From: Escherichia phage vB_EcoM_LNA2
Direction: 5' to 3' (one strand)
Length of the DNA: 64,000 nucleotides
Sequence record: MZ311865.1
A program made the position numbers and the translations under genes. Below the pieces are notes generated by a model. That model did no database searches, had not been told where the DNA came from, and saw only the letters and a list, made by a program, of their open reading frames with translations. Shown here piece by piece: positions 19,005 through 27,688 of this stretch (positions are counted from its first letter, which is position 1; each line of letters opens with the position of its first letter).

Positions 19005-19424
19005 TTATGCAAAAGATGCTGGACAATATTTTTTGATTTGGAACTCAGGAACTACCATGAACTGTCCAGCAAAAACAATGTTATAAAGCTTGACTCCATC
19101 TTCAACCCATTGGTCACTGATGAACCCAGCGACTTGATTCGTTGTCCACGGTGTTCCATCTGTCGCAGAGGCAATGGTGAACTTGTGGTCTTTTACAACT
19201 AAAACCGATCTGCACAGTTTCCATTTGAACGCTTTTTCTTCCGGTTCAATGAATTGGCTTTTAACGTAACCAATGTTACCATCGGCGTCACGAACTTTAA
19301 CTTCGTTACGTCCAAAAACAGGATCACTCACATAAAGAACTTCAACCAACTTCCCGGCAACTTTAGAGCGAGAAGCATCCGATACGTGTACATAATCACC
19401 AATAGAGAGATTTGCAATATTCAT
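19005..19424 (-). CDS. Paralog A of a three-gene family (KOW-like N-term + conserved C-terminal domain)
   Basis: 139 aa; shares IGDYVHVSDASRSKVAGKLVEV and GFISDQWVEDGVKLYNIVF.G.F.VVPE with the next ORF. Confidence 0.55.
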   Translation of the reverse strand: MNIANLSIGDYVHVSDASRSKVAGKLVEVLYVSDPVFGRNEVKVRDADGNIGYVKSQFIEPEEKAFKWKLCRSVLVVKDHKFTIASATDGTPWTTNQVAGFISDQWVEDGVKLYNIVFAGQFMVVPEFQIKKYCPASFA

Positions 19425-19433
19425 AATAATTCC

Positions 19434-19931
19434 TTAAGCTTTACGAGGAGACACATAGCGAGTGATTTCAGATTCTTCAACAACTCGGAAGTCACCTAAG
19501 AATACAATATTGTATAGCTTTTTACCATCTTCAACCCATTGGTCGCTGATGAAGCCGCACATAGTATCAGTTTTGCTTGGATAACCGTATTCGTCGATGT
19601 AATCAAATTCTTTATCGGTTATAAATTCAACGCCTTTGCAAAGGGCCCATTTGAACTGTGTAGTAGGCTCAACGATATCGCTTGAAGCAAAGTGTGCAGG
19701 TGCAACTTCTTCGCTTGAAGCAAATTGGACTCGTATATGTTTTTCCAGGAATTTAGGACTTACGTAAGCATACTGGGCATCTTGTCCGCCAAAACTGGGG
19801 ATGATTCGAACTTTAACTTCTTTAACACGTCCCATGCCGTTAGTACGAAGCCCTGCTACTTCAACCAGACGACCTGCAGCTTTAGAACGAGAAGCAGGAG
19901 ATACACGAAGGATTTCACCAATAGTAATCAT
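19434..19931 (-). CDS. Paralog B of the same family
   Basis: ORF track 19434..19994; ATG 19931 (MITIGEILRVSPASRSKAAGRLVEV...) with SD; own promoter. Confidence 0.55.
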   Translation of the reverse strand: MITIGEILRVSPASRSKAAGRLVEVAGLRTNGMGRVKEVKVRIIPSFGGQDAQYAYVSPKFLEKHIRVQFASSEEVAPAHFASSDIVEPTTQFKWALCKGVEFITDKEFDYIDEYGYPSKTDTMCGFISDQWVEDGKKLYNIVFLGDFRVVEESEITRYVSPRKA

Positions 19932-19961
19932 ATTTTTTCTCTCTTTGTTTAAGTTGAATTC

Positions 19962-19991
19962 ATTATACTCCATCCATCCTTGGATGTAAAA
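19962..19991 (-). promoter_or_regulatory. Early promoter cassette (TTTTAC-18-TATAAT)
   Basis: TATACTCCA.CCATCCTTGG.TGTAAA family; upstream of paralog B. Confidence 0.5.
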
Positions 19992-19993
19992 CA

Positions 19994-20488
19994 TTAATTA
20001 AGAATATTAACTACTGCACTACGTGGAACAACACTAAAATCACCAGCATGAACAACGTTAATAAGTTCAACACCATCTTCAATCCACTGGTCAGTTACCC
20101 ATCCACTCACTGGACCTGCGAACGGACGTCGAATTGAAACGGCTTTACACAACAAATCAGTAGGCTCAATAGGCTTAATCAGAGTACCGTACATACAAGC
20201 GATGTCCATATCAAAGTGGAGACCATCTTTAACAGGTGCTTCTTCAATCAAGAGTTCAAAGTCGGTGCTCGGAAGGGCAGTAGTAGAAATTGTACCGTAT
20301 GAATTTTTAATTTCTAAGAATAACCAAGGGCCTTCAACTTGTTTGATGAAGTTAACAATAGTGAAACTATTACCTTGAGTGGCACCTAAAATTTCACAAA
20401 ACTTTTCATAAGCTCGCACTGAAGCACCGTACCAATTGATTTGTTTTTCGTCTTTCAGGATGTAAGTAGCCGTAGTATTGATATTCAT
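19994..20488 (-). CDS. Paralog C (shares C-terminal domain only)
   Basis: 164 aa; C-terminal GWVTDQWIEDGVELINVVHAGDFSVVP; own promoter. Confidence 0.55.
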   Translation of the reverse strand: MNINTTATYILKDEKQINWYGASVRAYEKFCEILGATQGNSFTIVNFIKQVEGPWLFLEIKNSYGTISTTALPSTDFELLIEEAPVKDGLHFDMDIACMYGTLIKPIEPTDLLCKAVSIRRPFAGPVSGWVTDQWIEDGVELINVVHAGDFSVVPRSAVVNILN

Positions 20489-20519
20489 AATGTTTTTCCT
20501 GTTTGGTTAAGATAGAAAG

Positions 20520-20549
20520 ATTATACTCCAACCATCCTTGGTTGTAAAC
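20520..20549 (-). promoter_or_regulatory. Early promoter cassette (GTTTAC-18-TATAAT)
   Basis: Same family; upstream of paralog C. Confidence 0.6.
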
Positions 20550-20554
20550 TGCTT

Positions 20555-21232
20555 TTATCGCTGTTTTACACTTAACGGGTCAGGATTCTCAGGGACATCT
20601 TCAAGGCCAAGCGCATAACGCTGAGCATATTTTAACATCAAAATATCTTTAGCACAATCATGAATACTATCATGGGCAACGAATCCTTTTAGCGTACCCA
20701 TCGGTAATGGACACATACTTAATCCTCGTGTCAACGAGTAAGCTTCGATTGCTGTACGAATATCACGTTGAGCCCAGAATTTAACCGGTTCTAATTTATC
20801 AGTATCAATATCTGGTTCAAGAACACCTTCATCACGATAGAGGTCACGAATCAAATCGACCAAGATTGGGAAGTCAAAGCTCATACCACGGCACCACATC
20901 TGTGATTTCCATTGGTCAACTTTATTAGCTCGACAATAATCTAAAAAGATTTTAATGCCTTCAAGCGTAGTGACATCGTCTTCAGACGGAGCCAAGTTTT
21001 TACGCGCTTCAGCAGATTGTTCTTTCCACCATTTCATAGTGGATTTAGCGAAAACTCGCTTCCCTTTCTGAGAAGCTAAATTAAATTTAATTCGCTTACC
21101 TCGTTGAACAAGGTCTTCAAATGATTCAACAACTTCTGGGTCGGAATTATATGCAATAACCGCAAGGTCAATAACAGCCGCTTTTGATGTATTGCCGAAT
21201 GTTTCAAAATCTATAATAACATCAGTGCTCAT
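20555..21232 (-). CDS. dexA: Exonuclease A (DnaQ-like 3'-5' exonuclease)
   Basis: 225 aa; IDFETFG exo motif; T4 synteny next to dda. Confidence 0.85.
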   Translation of the reverse strand: MSTDVIIDFETFGNTSKAAVIDLAVIAYNSDPEVVESFEDLVQRGKRIKFNLASQKGKRVFAKSTMKWWKEQSAEARKNLAPSEDDVTTLEGIKIFLDYCRANKVDQWKSQMWCRGMSFDFPILVDLIRDLYRDEGVLEPDIDTDKLEPVKFWAQRDIRTAIEAYSLTRGLSMCPLPMGTLKGFVAHDSIHDCAKDILMLKYAQRYALGLEDVPENPDPLSVKQR

Positions 21233-21241
21233 AATTTTCTC

Positions 21242-22555
21242 TCAAATAAAATGGACGTCAAACCGGCCACGAGTTGTGCCGACATACAATAACTGTTTAG
21301 CTAATTCTGAATCGGCATAATGGATACACGGTGTATAAACAAAGGCCGTGTCAACAGACATACCCTGAGCCTTATGGAAGGTTGATACTGGTAGTGCCTT
21401 CACCTTAGTGAACATACGTTTAGCATCCCAGAATTCGCTCCATGGAGCTTTACCACCTTTATTCCAGAATTTGTATGTTTCTGCTGTCTTAGCCAAAAAC
21501 AAATTGAATTTATAAAGCTCTTCTTCAGAAGAAATAACCTTTATATCTTCACGGATGTATTCTTCATCATCCCCATATGTTTCTACTGTAAGATTCCAGT
21601 ATCGTATCATATATTCGCCTGAAACACCACGTGCTTTAACGAATGTAGACGTTTCTACAGCATCTCGAATACGAACGAATTGCCCATTATTGAAAAGCAT
21701 TTCGGTCATATTTTTACCGTCTAGCTTATATGTCTTAGTAAATGGCTCTTGTAGAACAATGACTTCGTCTTTAATAAATGGTTTTTCTGTTTCAAGAAGT
21801 TTTCGGCGAATAATTGAATTTAACTTGTCCACCGACTTATTTGTGAATGCCATCATTCGATTTTCGAAAAGGTCTTCAGGAGTTTTAACGACGTTAAAAT
21901 AGTTCATCATATACGATTTAAGGTCTGTATATCCATGAACACCGTGTCCATCAACTACTTTATCGTAAATCCATTTGCCATTACGAATATCAGTCGCAAC
22001 ATCAATAATTGGTGCATTACTACGTTTAACTTCTGTAAGGTTGCATTGCACGAAGTCTTTGTGAGTGAAGAAAGGACTTAGATACGCAGTTGATTCGCCT
22101 GGGTCTACCGGTCGAATTTGACATCGGTCGCCGATTCCAATTACTGTGCACCATTTAGGGATACTAGCTAACATTATTTTAAACAGAGAACGGTCGCACA
22201 TTGACGCTTCATCAAATAACAGTACACGACACAAGGCTAAGTCGGGAACCTTTTTCTGTTCAAACAATACGTTTTCTTCGTATGTAGTTGGGTTGATTTT
22301 AAGAATGCTATGAATAGTCGATGCTTCTTGACCTGCAAGTTTGCTTAGAACCTTTTTAGCAGCATGTGTAGGGGCTGCTAAAATAATACCTGATTCTCCA
22401 GAAGAAATAAGGGCTTCAACGATGAATCTAGTAAGGGTTGTTTTACCTGTACCAGCAGGTCCATTAATAGTTACATGATGTTTCTTTTCTTTAATAGCTT
22501 CCATAACAACGTTGAAGGCGTTTTTCTGGCCTTCAGTCAAATCATCAAATGTCAT
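21242..22555 (-). CDS. dda: Dda DNA helicase (SF1)
   Basis: 437 aa; MTFDDLTEGQKNAF...GPAGTGKTT Walker A; close to recalled T4 Dda. Confidence 0.9.
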   Translation of the reverse strand: MTFDDLTEGQKNAFNVVMEAIKEKKHHVTINGPAGTGKTTLTRFIVEALISSGESGIILAAPTHAAKKVLSKLAGQEASTIHSILKINPTTYEENVLFEQKKVPDLALCRVLLFDEASMCDRSLFKIMLASIPKWCTVIGIGDRCQIRPVDPGESTAYLSPFFTHKDFVQCNLTEVKRSNAPIIDVATDIRNGKWIYDKVVDGHGVHGYTDLKSYMMNYFNVVKTPEDLFENRMMAFTNKSVDKLNSIIRRKLLETEKPFIKDEVIVLQEPFTKTYKLDGKNMTEMLFNNGQFVRIRDAVETSTFVKARGVSGEYMIRYWNLTVETYGDDEEYIREDIKVISSEEELYKFNLFLAKTAETYKFWNKGGKAPWSEFWDAKRMFTKVKALPVSTFHKAQGMSVDTAFVYTPCIHYADSELAKQLLYVGTTRGRFDVHFI

Positions 22556-22863
22556 CGTAAAGTCCCTGCAATTGGAATACTAACAATACGGCCTGTATCC
22601 AGGATTCGTTGATACAATTTTTGCGTCTCCGCATCTAGTTTAATGTGTTTCATTTCAAGCTTATTAAACCAGAATTTACGCGGAGTTTCGACCATTCTTA
22701 GAACTCCCATTTTTAAATCTGTTTTATACTGTGTTTTCAAAGTATCGAAAACTTTATCTGCAATATCCTTTCTAAAAAATACTGCAGGACGATGCTCATC
22801 AAGTGGAACCGGGACAGTAAATCCTTCCATATCTCGATAAACTATTGCATATACATAAACCAT
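22552..22863 (-). CDS. Hypothetical protein, 103 aa (dda.1 position)
   Basis: ORF track; ATGA overlap with dda. Confidence 0.5.
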   Translation of the reverse strand: MVYVYAIVYRDMEGFTVPVPLDEHRPAVFFRKDIADKVFDTLKTQYKTDLKMGVLRMVETPRKFWFNKLEMKHIKLDAETQKLYQRILDTGRIVSIPIAGTLR

Positions 22864-22865
22864 AA

Positions 22866-23612
22866 TTAACCTTTAATCAGTTGGAATAATGATGCGCTAA
22901 GTGGTAAGCCACGTTTCAATTTTAATTTACCAATGAAACCGATCTTTTCAAAACGTTGCAGACCTTGGATAACTTTATCATATGTATCGAAAAGCGATTC
23001 AGCGTCAGTTAATTTAGTTTTAGTTTTCCAGTCAGAGCCTTTAAGAAGAACGTTGAGTTTAGTAAGTTCACGGCCTTCTGCTTGATGTGAGCCATTAATG
23101 CGTGCTTTCAAAGCAACAATTCTAAGTTTAGATTCGTTAGATAAAGGTTGATTTTTCATCATGTTCGCCATATGCTTAACACGATTTTCACGTTTTGCTC
23201 GGATTTTTAAAATAGTACCATAAACCTTTTTAATTTGGGCCCATTTCTTCTCGTCGAGATTAAGTTTCTCTACTTTACTGGCAGAAGGATTAGCGATACG
23301 TCTTGCAATGGCATCACGTTTCTCAATAAGCTCTTCTAATGTTAAATCAGAACGAGCCGTGTTATATTTTTTCTTAACTGGGATAACATTACCTTTAATG
23401 TAGCCTATATCATTATTAAAACGTTCTAAGGATAATTTCTCACCTTCAACAGAGTTATTGAAAGATTCACCTGAGTAAGCGCAGACCTTTTGATCAAGAA
23501 TGTTTTTAAGGTAATTAAAGTCTAAGTTAAAATCCTTAGAGCGCCTCTTCGCAGAAGCTCTGGTGTGGTCAAGACGACGATTGATTTTGTTAATTTTATT
23601 ATTAGATAACAT
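22866..23612 (-). CDS. srd: Srd-position protein (putative sigma-decoy), 248 aa
   Basis: Size and position between dda.1 and modA as in T4; basic, coiled-coil rich. Confidence 0.55.
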   Translation of the reverse strand: MLSNNKINKINRRLDHTRASAKRRSKDFNLDFNYLKNILDQKVCAYSGESFNNSVEGEKLSLERFNNDIGYIKGNVIPVKKKYNTARSDLTLEELIEKRDAIARRIANPSASKVEKLNLDEKKWAQIKKVYGTILKIRAKRENRVKHMANMMKNQPLSNESKLRIVALKARINGSHQAEGRELTKLNVLLKGSDWKTKTKLTDAESLFDTYDKVIQGLQRFEKIGFIGKLKLKRGLPLSASLFQLIKG

Positions 23613-23661
23613 AATATTTTCCTCTGTCTTACGGACGTTAGGTCATTTAGCTGATGGGTCT

Positions 23662-23690
23662 ATAATATCATGCCCTCAGGTAGTGTACAC
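23662..23690 (-). promoter_or_regulatory. Early-like promoter (GTGTAC-17-TATTAT) upstream of srd
   Basis: Minus strand, about 50 nt upstream of srd ATG. Confidence 0.45.
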
Positions 23691-23764
23691 TCCTTTTTCG
23701 TAAAATGCTTTAATTTTTTATGTGTTATAATGGTTCTGAGTTCCATCCGGTTATTCCAATCCAG

Positions 23765-24373
23765 TCAGTAACCGACAATAGACAGATTCCAGATTGTATA
23801 ACGTCCATCTTGAATAATAGAATCTACACGCAGTGTAGTCCCTATAGGGAGCATAAATTCACATTCGTCAGATATAAGCCTAGCATTAGACCGTCTTGTC
23901 GCTTCAGGGAAAGCTCCATTGAACTCACAAGATGGCGCAGCCAGAATCATGTTAAGCATATGTTCACGGAAGTTGAAAGCAAATGGCGCATCTTTGATGC
24001 AGAACATATTAAATGTTCCGTAAAAATTATACGAAGCAAAGTTACGTGCTACACCGAACACTGGGCTGAAGCTCATTACTCTGTCAAATTTAATAATACT
24101 ACCAATGCCTTTATCATCAAGTGTGGCCATAGTTTTCTTAGAGATTCCACGATACATTGTCTCAGGAACAGAAGATGTCCAATTTCTACGAACGATTGAA
24201 CTTAACTCCTGTTGAATACAGTCTGGCTTGTTTTCCATACACTGCCAAAGGATGCTTTGTTCATTATCGTTGAATTGACTATCAATTTCATACTGCAATT
24301 CATCTTGATATTCAGGGTTTTGAGCACGTCGAACCATTTCTTCAATTTCACACTCGTTATACGGCATAAACAT
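23765..24373 (-). CDS. modA: ADP-ribosyltransferase ModA-like
   Basis: 202 aa; YRG ... SFS ... ECEFM (R-S-E type ART motifs); paralog of next gene. Confidence 0.7.
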   Translation of the reverse strand: MFMPYNECEIEEMVRRAQNPEYQDELQYEIDSQFNDNEQSILWQCMENKPDCIQQELSSIVRRNWTSSVPETMYRGISKKTMATLDDKGIGSIIKFDRVMSFSPVFGVARNFASYNFYGTFNMFCIKDAPFAFNFREHMLNMILAAPSCEFNGAFPEATRRSNARLISDECEFMLPIGTTLRVDSIIQDGRYTIWNLSIVGY

Positions 24374-24401
24374 TTAGGTTTCTCCTGTGGTTGATAAAGG
24401 T

Positions 24402-24431
24402 ATAGTATCATCATCGGAAGAGTTTGTACAC
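24402..24431 (-). promoter_or_regulatory. Early-like promoter (GTGTAC-18-TACTAT) upstream of modA
   Basis: Minus strand. Confidence 0.45.
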
Positions 24432-25012
24432 TAAAAATTCAACATTTTCAAATGAATGATTTTGTATAATCGAGATAAAGGGTCATATTCTAAGTCTTCA
24501 ATTTCCACAATCTCAAATCTAGAGATACCTGAGACCATGTACTCTTGTTCAGATTCAATCATATCTAGGATGTCAACACGCGTTTCTTCCATAACATGCT
24601 TAGGGTTCTTTCCGGCGAGTACAATGTTAACCATGTTTTGGTAGTAATCAAAAATGAATGGAGCATTCCTGAGACTAAGAATAGTGTACGTCTGATATTC
24701 CCATCTCCCAGAGAATTGACGAGCTGTACTGAAATCAGTTGTGAATGATGTTACTCGTCCAGGAGACCAATAGCATCCAACAGAAAGAAGTGAAAGACGT
24801 TCTACTTCTTCTGGAGTTACACCACGGTAGAGTTCTACTGGTACTGTAGAAGTCATATGCTTACGAACAAGATGGTCTAATTCATAGTGGAAATCCGGGT
24901 CTTCCTTAGAATCGGTGCAAGCCCAGAGAATGTTTTGTTCTTGGCGGGTGAATTTGCTATCAATCAGATTTGTTAGGTATTCACGTTCTTGAAGTTCAGA
25001 TTGACATGTCAT
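24431..25012 (-). CDS. modB: ADP-ribosyltransferase ModB-like
   Basis: 193 aa; LYRG ... SFT ... EQEYM; paralog of modA. Confidence 0.7.
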   Translation of the reverse strand: MTCQSELQEREYLTNLIDSKFTRQEQNILWACTDSKEDPDFHYELDHLVRKHMTSTVPVELYRGVTPEEVERLSLLSVGCYWSPGRVTSFTTDFSTARQFSGRWEYQTYTILSLRNAPFIFDYYQNMVNIVLAGKNPKHVMEETRVDILDMIESEQEYMVSGISRFEIVEIEDLEYDPLSRLYKIIHLKMLNF

Positions 25013-25039
25013 GATAGACCTCCATTTAAAGATAAGCCT

Positions 25040-25068
25040 ATCATAACACGAGAGGAGGGAATGTAAAC
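25040..25068 (-). promoter_or_regulatory. Early promoter (GTTTAC-17-TATGAT) upstream of modB
   Basis: Minus strand. Confidence 0.5.
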
Positions 25069-25228
25069 TACTTTTTAAGCTTTCCTACTAAAGGTCCGTC
25101 AGGTCCAGGTTGTTCTAACATGAATAAGGATGCTTTAAAAAGCAATGTCAACCCTTTCACCATTCGATACCATGTCTCAAAGTCTTTTTCCTTGATTTCT
25201 AGTAAGAATTTCTCTTTAAATTTCTCTT

Positions 25229-25408
25229 TCATTTCCAAGGACTCCATGGTGGAGGGTCGTCATAATAAGAGGCAAGGTCTTTCAGGGCTTCAACAGGTAA
25301 ACTAAAGCCGTGACGTTGTATAATACTATCTAGTTCATCAACAAGTTCACTACGATGCACTTTAGGAGCCTCAACTTCAGGCTCATCAAACATACTCATC
25401 AAGTCCAT
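25229..25408 (-). CDS. Hypothetical acidic protein, ~59 aa
   Basis: ORF track 25229..25417 (GTG); ATG 25408 directly after upstream stop. Confidence 0.4.
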   Translation of the reverse strand: MDLMSMFDEPEVEAPKVHRSELVDELDSIIQRHGFSLPVEALKDLASYYDDPPPWSPWK

Positions 25409-25409
25409 A

Positions 25410-25874
25410 TTATTCACCGAGATAAAAACTAGCAGGTTCAGAGAATGTTTCTAGCGCTACACCTTTTGTCTTAAAAAATTTCCAAATAGCCCGTTGCAAA
25501 TGGATTAAATCCGCTAATGATGTGATAAAGTATTTTTTGGCAAAATACTTATGGTCTCGCTTTTCAAACAAGTCTAAACGCTTTTCTGGATTCACATAAA
25601 CTGCATTTTCCGTAGATTCATAACCTAAGTCCTTTATGCCTTCTTCAAGACTAAACGGAGAATTTTTAGAACGAGTAATAGCTCCAACTCGCTCTACACG
25701 AATTTTGTAACCTTTAGGAATCTGCAATTTACAGAATTCTTCTACGATATATTGCGGATTATTTAGACTTTTGTTAATGAGAATAGCTATTTCTAGTGGA
25801 GTCTTATCTTCTACTGGTATATGTTTAAACGACTTGGCTTCAAGCAAATACATTTTAAATAACATAACATCCAT
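25410..25874 (-). CDS. Hypothetical protein, 154 aa
   Basis: ORF track. Confidence 0.5.
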   Translation of the reverse strand: MDVMLFKMYLLEAKSFKHIPVEDKTPLEIAILINKSLNNPQYIVEEFCKLQIPKGYKIRVERVGAITRSKNSPFSLEEGIKDLGYESTENAVYVNPEKRLDLFEKRDHKYFAKKYFITSLADLIHLQRAIWKFFKTKGVALETFSEPASFYLGE

Positions 25875-26053
25875 TATAATTTCCTCGATGGTTCACCCAT
25901 ATAAAGTTTTACAATACGTTCGCCTTCATCTTCGATGAGCTTCTCTTCGTGTTTCTGGAATTCTTTAGCCATATTCTCTTCAAGAACATCCAGCCAATCT
26001 TCTGGACCGACACCATCGTCCCAGCTTTTAAACCATTTTACTATTCTGTTCAT
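25874..26053 (-). CDS. Hypothetical protein, ~59 aa
   Basis: ORF track 25874..26080 (TTG); ATG 26053 with GGGAG SD. Confidence 0.4.
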   Translation of the reverse strand: MNRIVKWFKSWDDGVGPEDWLDVLEENMAKEFQKHEEKLIEDEGERIVKLYMGEPSRKL

Positions 26054-26250
26054 TCGCAGCTCCCTGAGCTTGAACCACAATCAGAATAACTTGACCCAGA
26101 ATCACCAGGCCAAGACGATACGTATGAATGATTATAATCGGAAGAGCTTGAAGCATTAACCTGTTTTGTTTTTGGACGAACAACTTCTTCCATCATTCCG
26201 TCACCGATATATTCCCAACTTTTTTCGTGTGTATCAGGAATAGGCATCAT
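26050..26250 (-). CDS. Hypothetical Ser-rich protein, ~66 aa
   Basis: ORF track 26050..26373 overlaps the next ORF; shortened to ATG 26250; ATGA-coupled to downstream gene. Confidence 0.3.
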   Translation of the reverse strand: MMPIPDTHEKSWEYIGDGMMEEVVRPKTKQVNASSSSDYNHSYVSSWPGDSGSSYSDCGSSSGSCE

Positions 26251-26263
26251 ACCTTCGCCTGGA

Positions 26264-26491
26264 TTAACAGCAAACAACTTCTTCAGCATCGTAAGCATTA
26301 ATTGTTCCTCGAACAAAACGAACACCGCCATCGTCCCAACGGATTTCGGCGTTAAATTTGACGTCTTCACCATCCATCATGAATGAGTGTACGACTACAT
26401 CATCATAGTATCCAAGACCATACTTCAATGAAACTTCTTGAGCAATCAAAGCACCTAATGTGTTATTAGGTTTAATCCAACGATTTAACAT
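26264..26491 (-). CDS. Hypothetical protein, 75 aa
   Basis: ORF track; GAGGAG SD. Confidence 0.45.
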   Translation of the reverse strand: MLNRWIKPNNTLGALIAQEVSLKYGLGYYDDVVVHSFMMDGEDVKFNAEIRWDDGGVRFVRGTINAYDAEEVVCC

Positions 26492-26569
26492 ATTGTTCTC
26501 CTCTTAAGTAAGTAAGAATATCTTAACACAGTTTTTAGTGGTTGTAAACTGTAGAAACAAAAAAAAAAA

Positions 26570-26587
26570 GGAATCCCGAAGGATTCC
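26570..26587 (-). terminator. Intrinsic terminator after soc
   Basis: GGAAUCC-UUCG-GGAUUCC plus U11. Confidence 0.7.
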
Positions 26588-26595
26588 TTGAATTA

Positions 26596-26832
26596 TTAAC
26601 CAGCTACTGGTGTAGGCGTAAACATTGCGGCGTTCTTAGTTTTCCAATCAGATGCATCAGAAACTACAGTAGAATATGCTGCCTTTTCTGACGGAAAGAT
26701 TTGGTAATGAGAATCCGCAATCCGATGTTCGTTTGAATAAATCTCAAACGGCACAGAAACTTCCATACCTTTAACTTCTTTACCTTCACCAGCAGGATGC
26801 GTAAAGGTTTTGATGTTTACATAACCACCCAT
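26596..26832 (-). CDS. soc: Small outer capsid protein Soc
   Basis: 78 aa; GYVNIKTF...HYQIFPSEKAAYSTV... matches recalled T4 Soc; late promoter TATAAATA upstream. Confidence 0.85.
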   Translation of the reverse strand: MGGYVNIKTFTHPAGEGKEVKGMEVSVPFEIYSNEHRIADSHYQIFPSEKAAYSTVVSDASDWKTKNAAMFTPTPVAG

Positions 26833-26863
26833 AATTAACTCCTTTGTTGTTTAATTACAGGTG

Positions 26864-26871
26864 TATTTATA
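26864..26871 (-). promoter_or_regulatory. T4-type late promoter TATAAATA upstream of soc
   Basis: Minus-strand TATAAATA about 30 nt upstream of soc ATG. Confidence 0.55.
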
Positions 26872-26878
26872 TCAGTAA

Positions 26879-27400
26879 TCAGTAACCATTATCCTGGCGT
26901 TCAAAGTTGTGTTGGTTTTTCAAGTAGTAAAGTTTAAAGATTTCTTCAGCGGAAAGACCAAGACCTTGGAACATATTCAGAACAAAGTGCAGAATATCAA
27001 TCATCTCGAATTTAATTTCGAGCTGGTCTTCAGGAGACAGTTCATCGATACGACGATTTCGATATTCAGCATGTTGAGCTTTCCAAGGCTTCCATACAGA
27101 GCTAGCGGCTTTTTCACCATTGCTCATACCACCAAGTGAAGTCAACAGTTCACGGAATTCATCATCAATATAATCTTTCTGATTACGCAGCCAATCAACA
27201 ACATCGCCAGCAGTGGCCAATTCGTCAGGATGTTTGTTATGTTCAGGCTTATCATTTGCCAGACGAACCTGTAAAGATTTCTGCATATCAAGCATTACCT
27301 GCAGAGGGTCTTTATCTTCATGAATCAGAGCATTAAAATAAGCTTCTTCTGCTTTATCAACACCAGAAATAAGTTGTGAACATTCGTTAAAGTGCGCCAT
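26879..27400 (-). CDS. 56: dCTP pyrophosphatase gp56 (MazG-like)
   Basis: ORF track 26879..27415; ATG 27400 gives MAHFNEC... matching recalled T4 gp56. Confidence 0.85.
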   Translation of the reverse strand: MAHFNECSQLISGVDKAEEAYFNALIHEDKDPLQVMLDMQKSLQVRLANDKPEHNKHPDELATAGDVVDWLRNQKDYIDDEFRELLTSLGGMSNGEKAASSVWKPWKAQHAEYRNRRIDELSPEDQLEIKFEMIDILHFVLNMFQGLGLSAEEIFKLYYLKNQHNFERQDNGY

Positions 27401-27490
27401 TATTTTTCCTTTCAATTCAGTATAAGAGAGTTTAATTCTAACATTAATTTTATAAAGCGTAATAAATAATAAGGTAACTAAGGAGATATT

Positions 27491-27688
27491 ATGTTTAAAC
27501 TTCCATCGTTAATCAACGCTATTAAAGGCAATAAAAAGAAAACTGCTATCGCTGCAATAGTTGTAGGTGGCATTATTTCATGGAACTTCGGGATTGCGCC
27601 ATTGTTAGTTGCCCATGGTGTTATGGTTCCTTCTGTTCCATTGGATACTGTAGTTGATTTGGCCTTTGCTATTATAGGGCTTGTTTAA
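27491..27688 (+). CDS. Small membrane protein, 65 aa (isolated + strand gene)
   Basis: ORF track; strong SD AAGGAG 7 nt upstream; hydrophobic; convergent with gene 61. Confidence 0.45.
   Translation: MFKLPSLINAIKGNKKKTAIAAIVVGGIISWNFGIAPLLVAHGVMVPSVPLDTVVDLAFAIIGLV

Noticed and set aside
23706-23731. Plus-strand MotA-box-like motif TGCTTTA-N13-TATAAT
   Set aside because: Would drive transcription antisense to modA with no + strand gene downstream; likely chance match in AT-rich DNA
24202-24414. 70-aa minus-strand ORF
   Set aside because: Overlaps the modA 5' region and its promoter/leader in another frame; modA start with SD at 24373 is preferred
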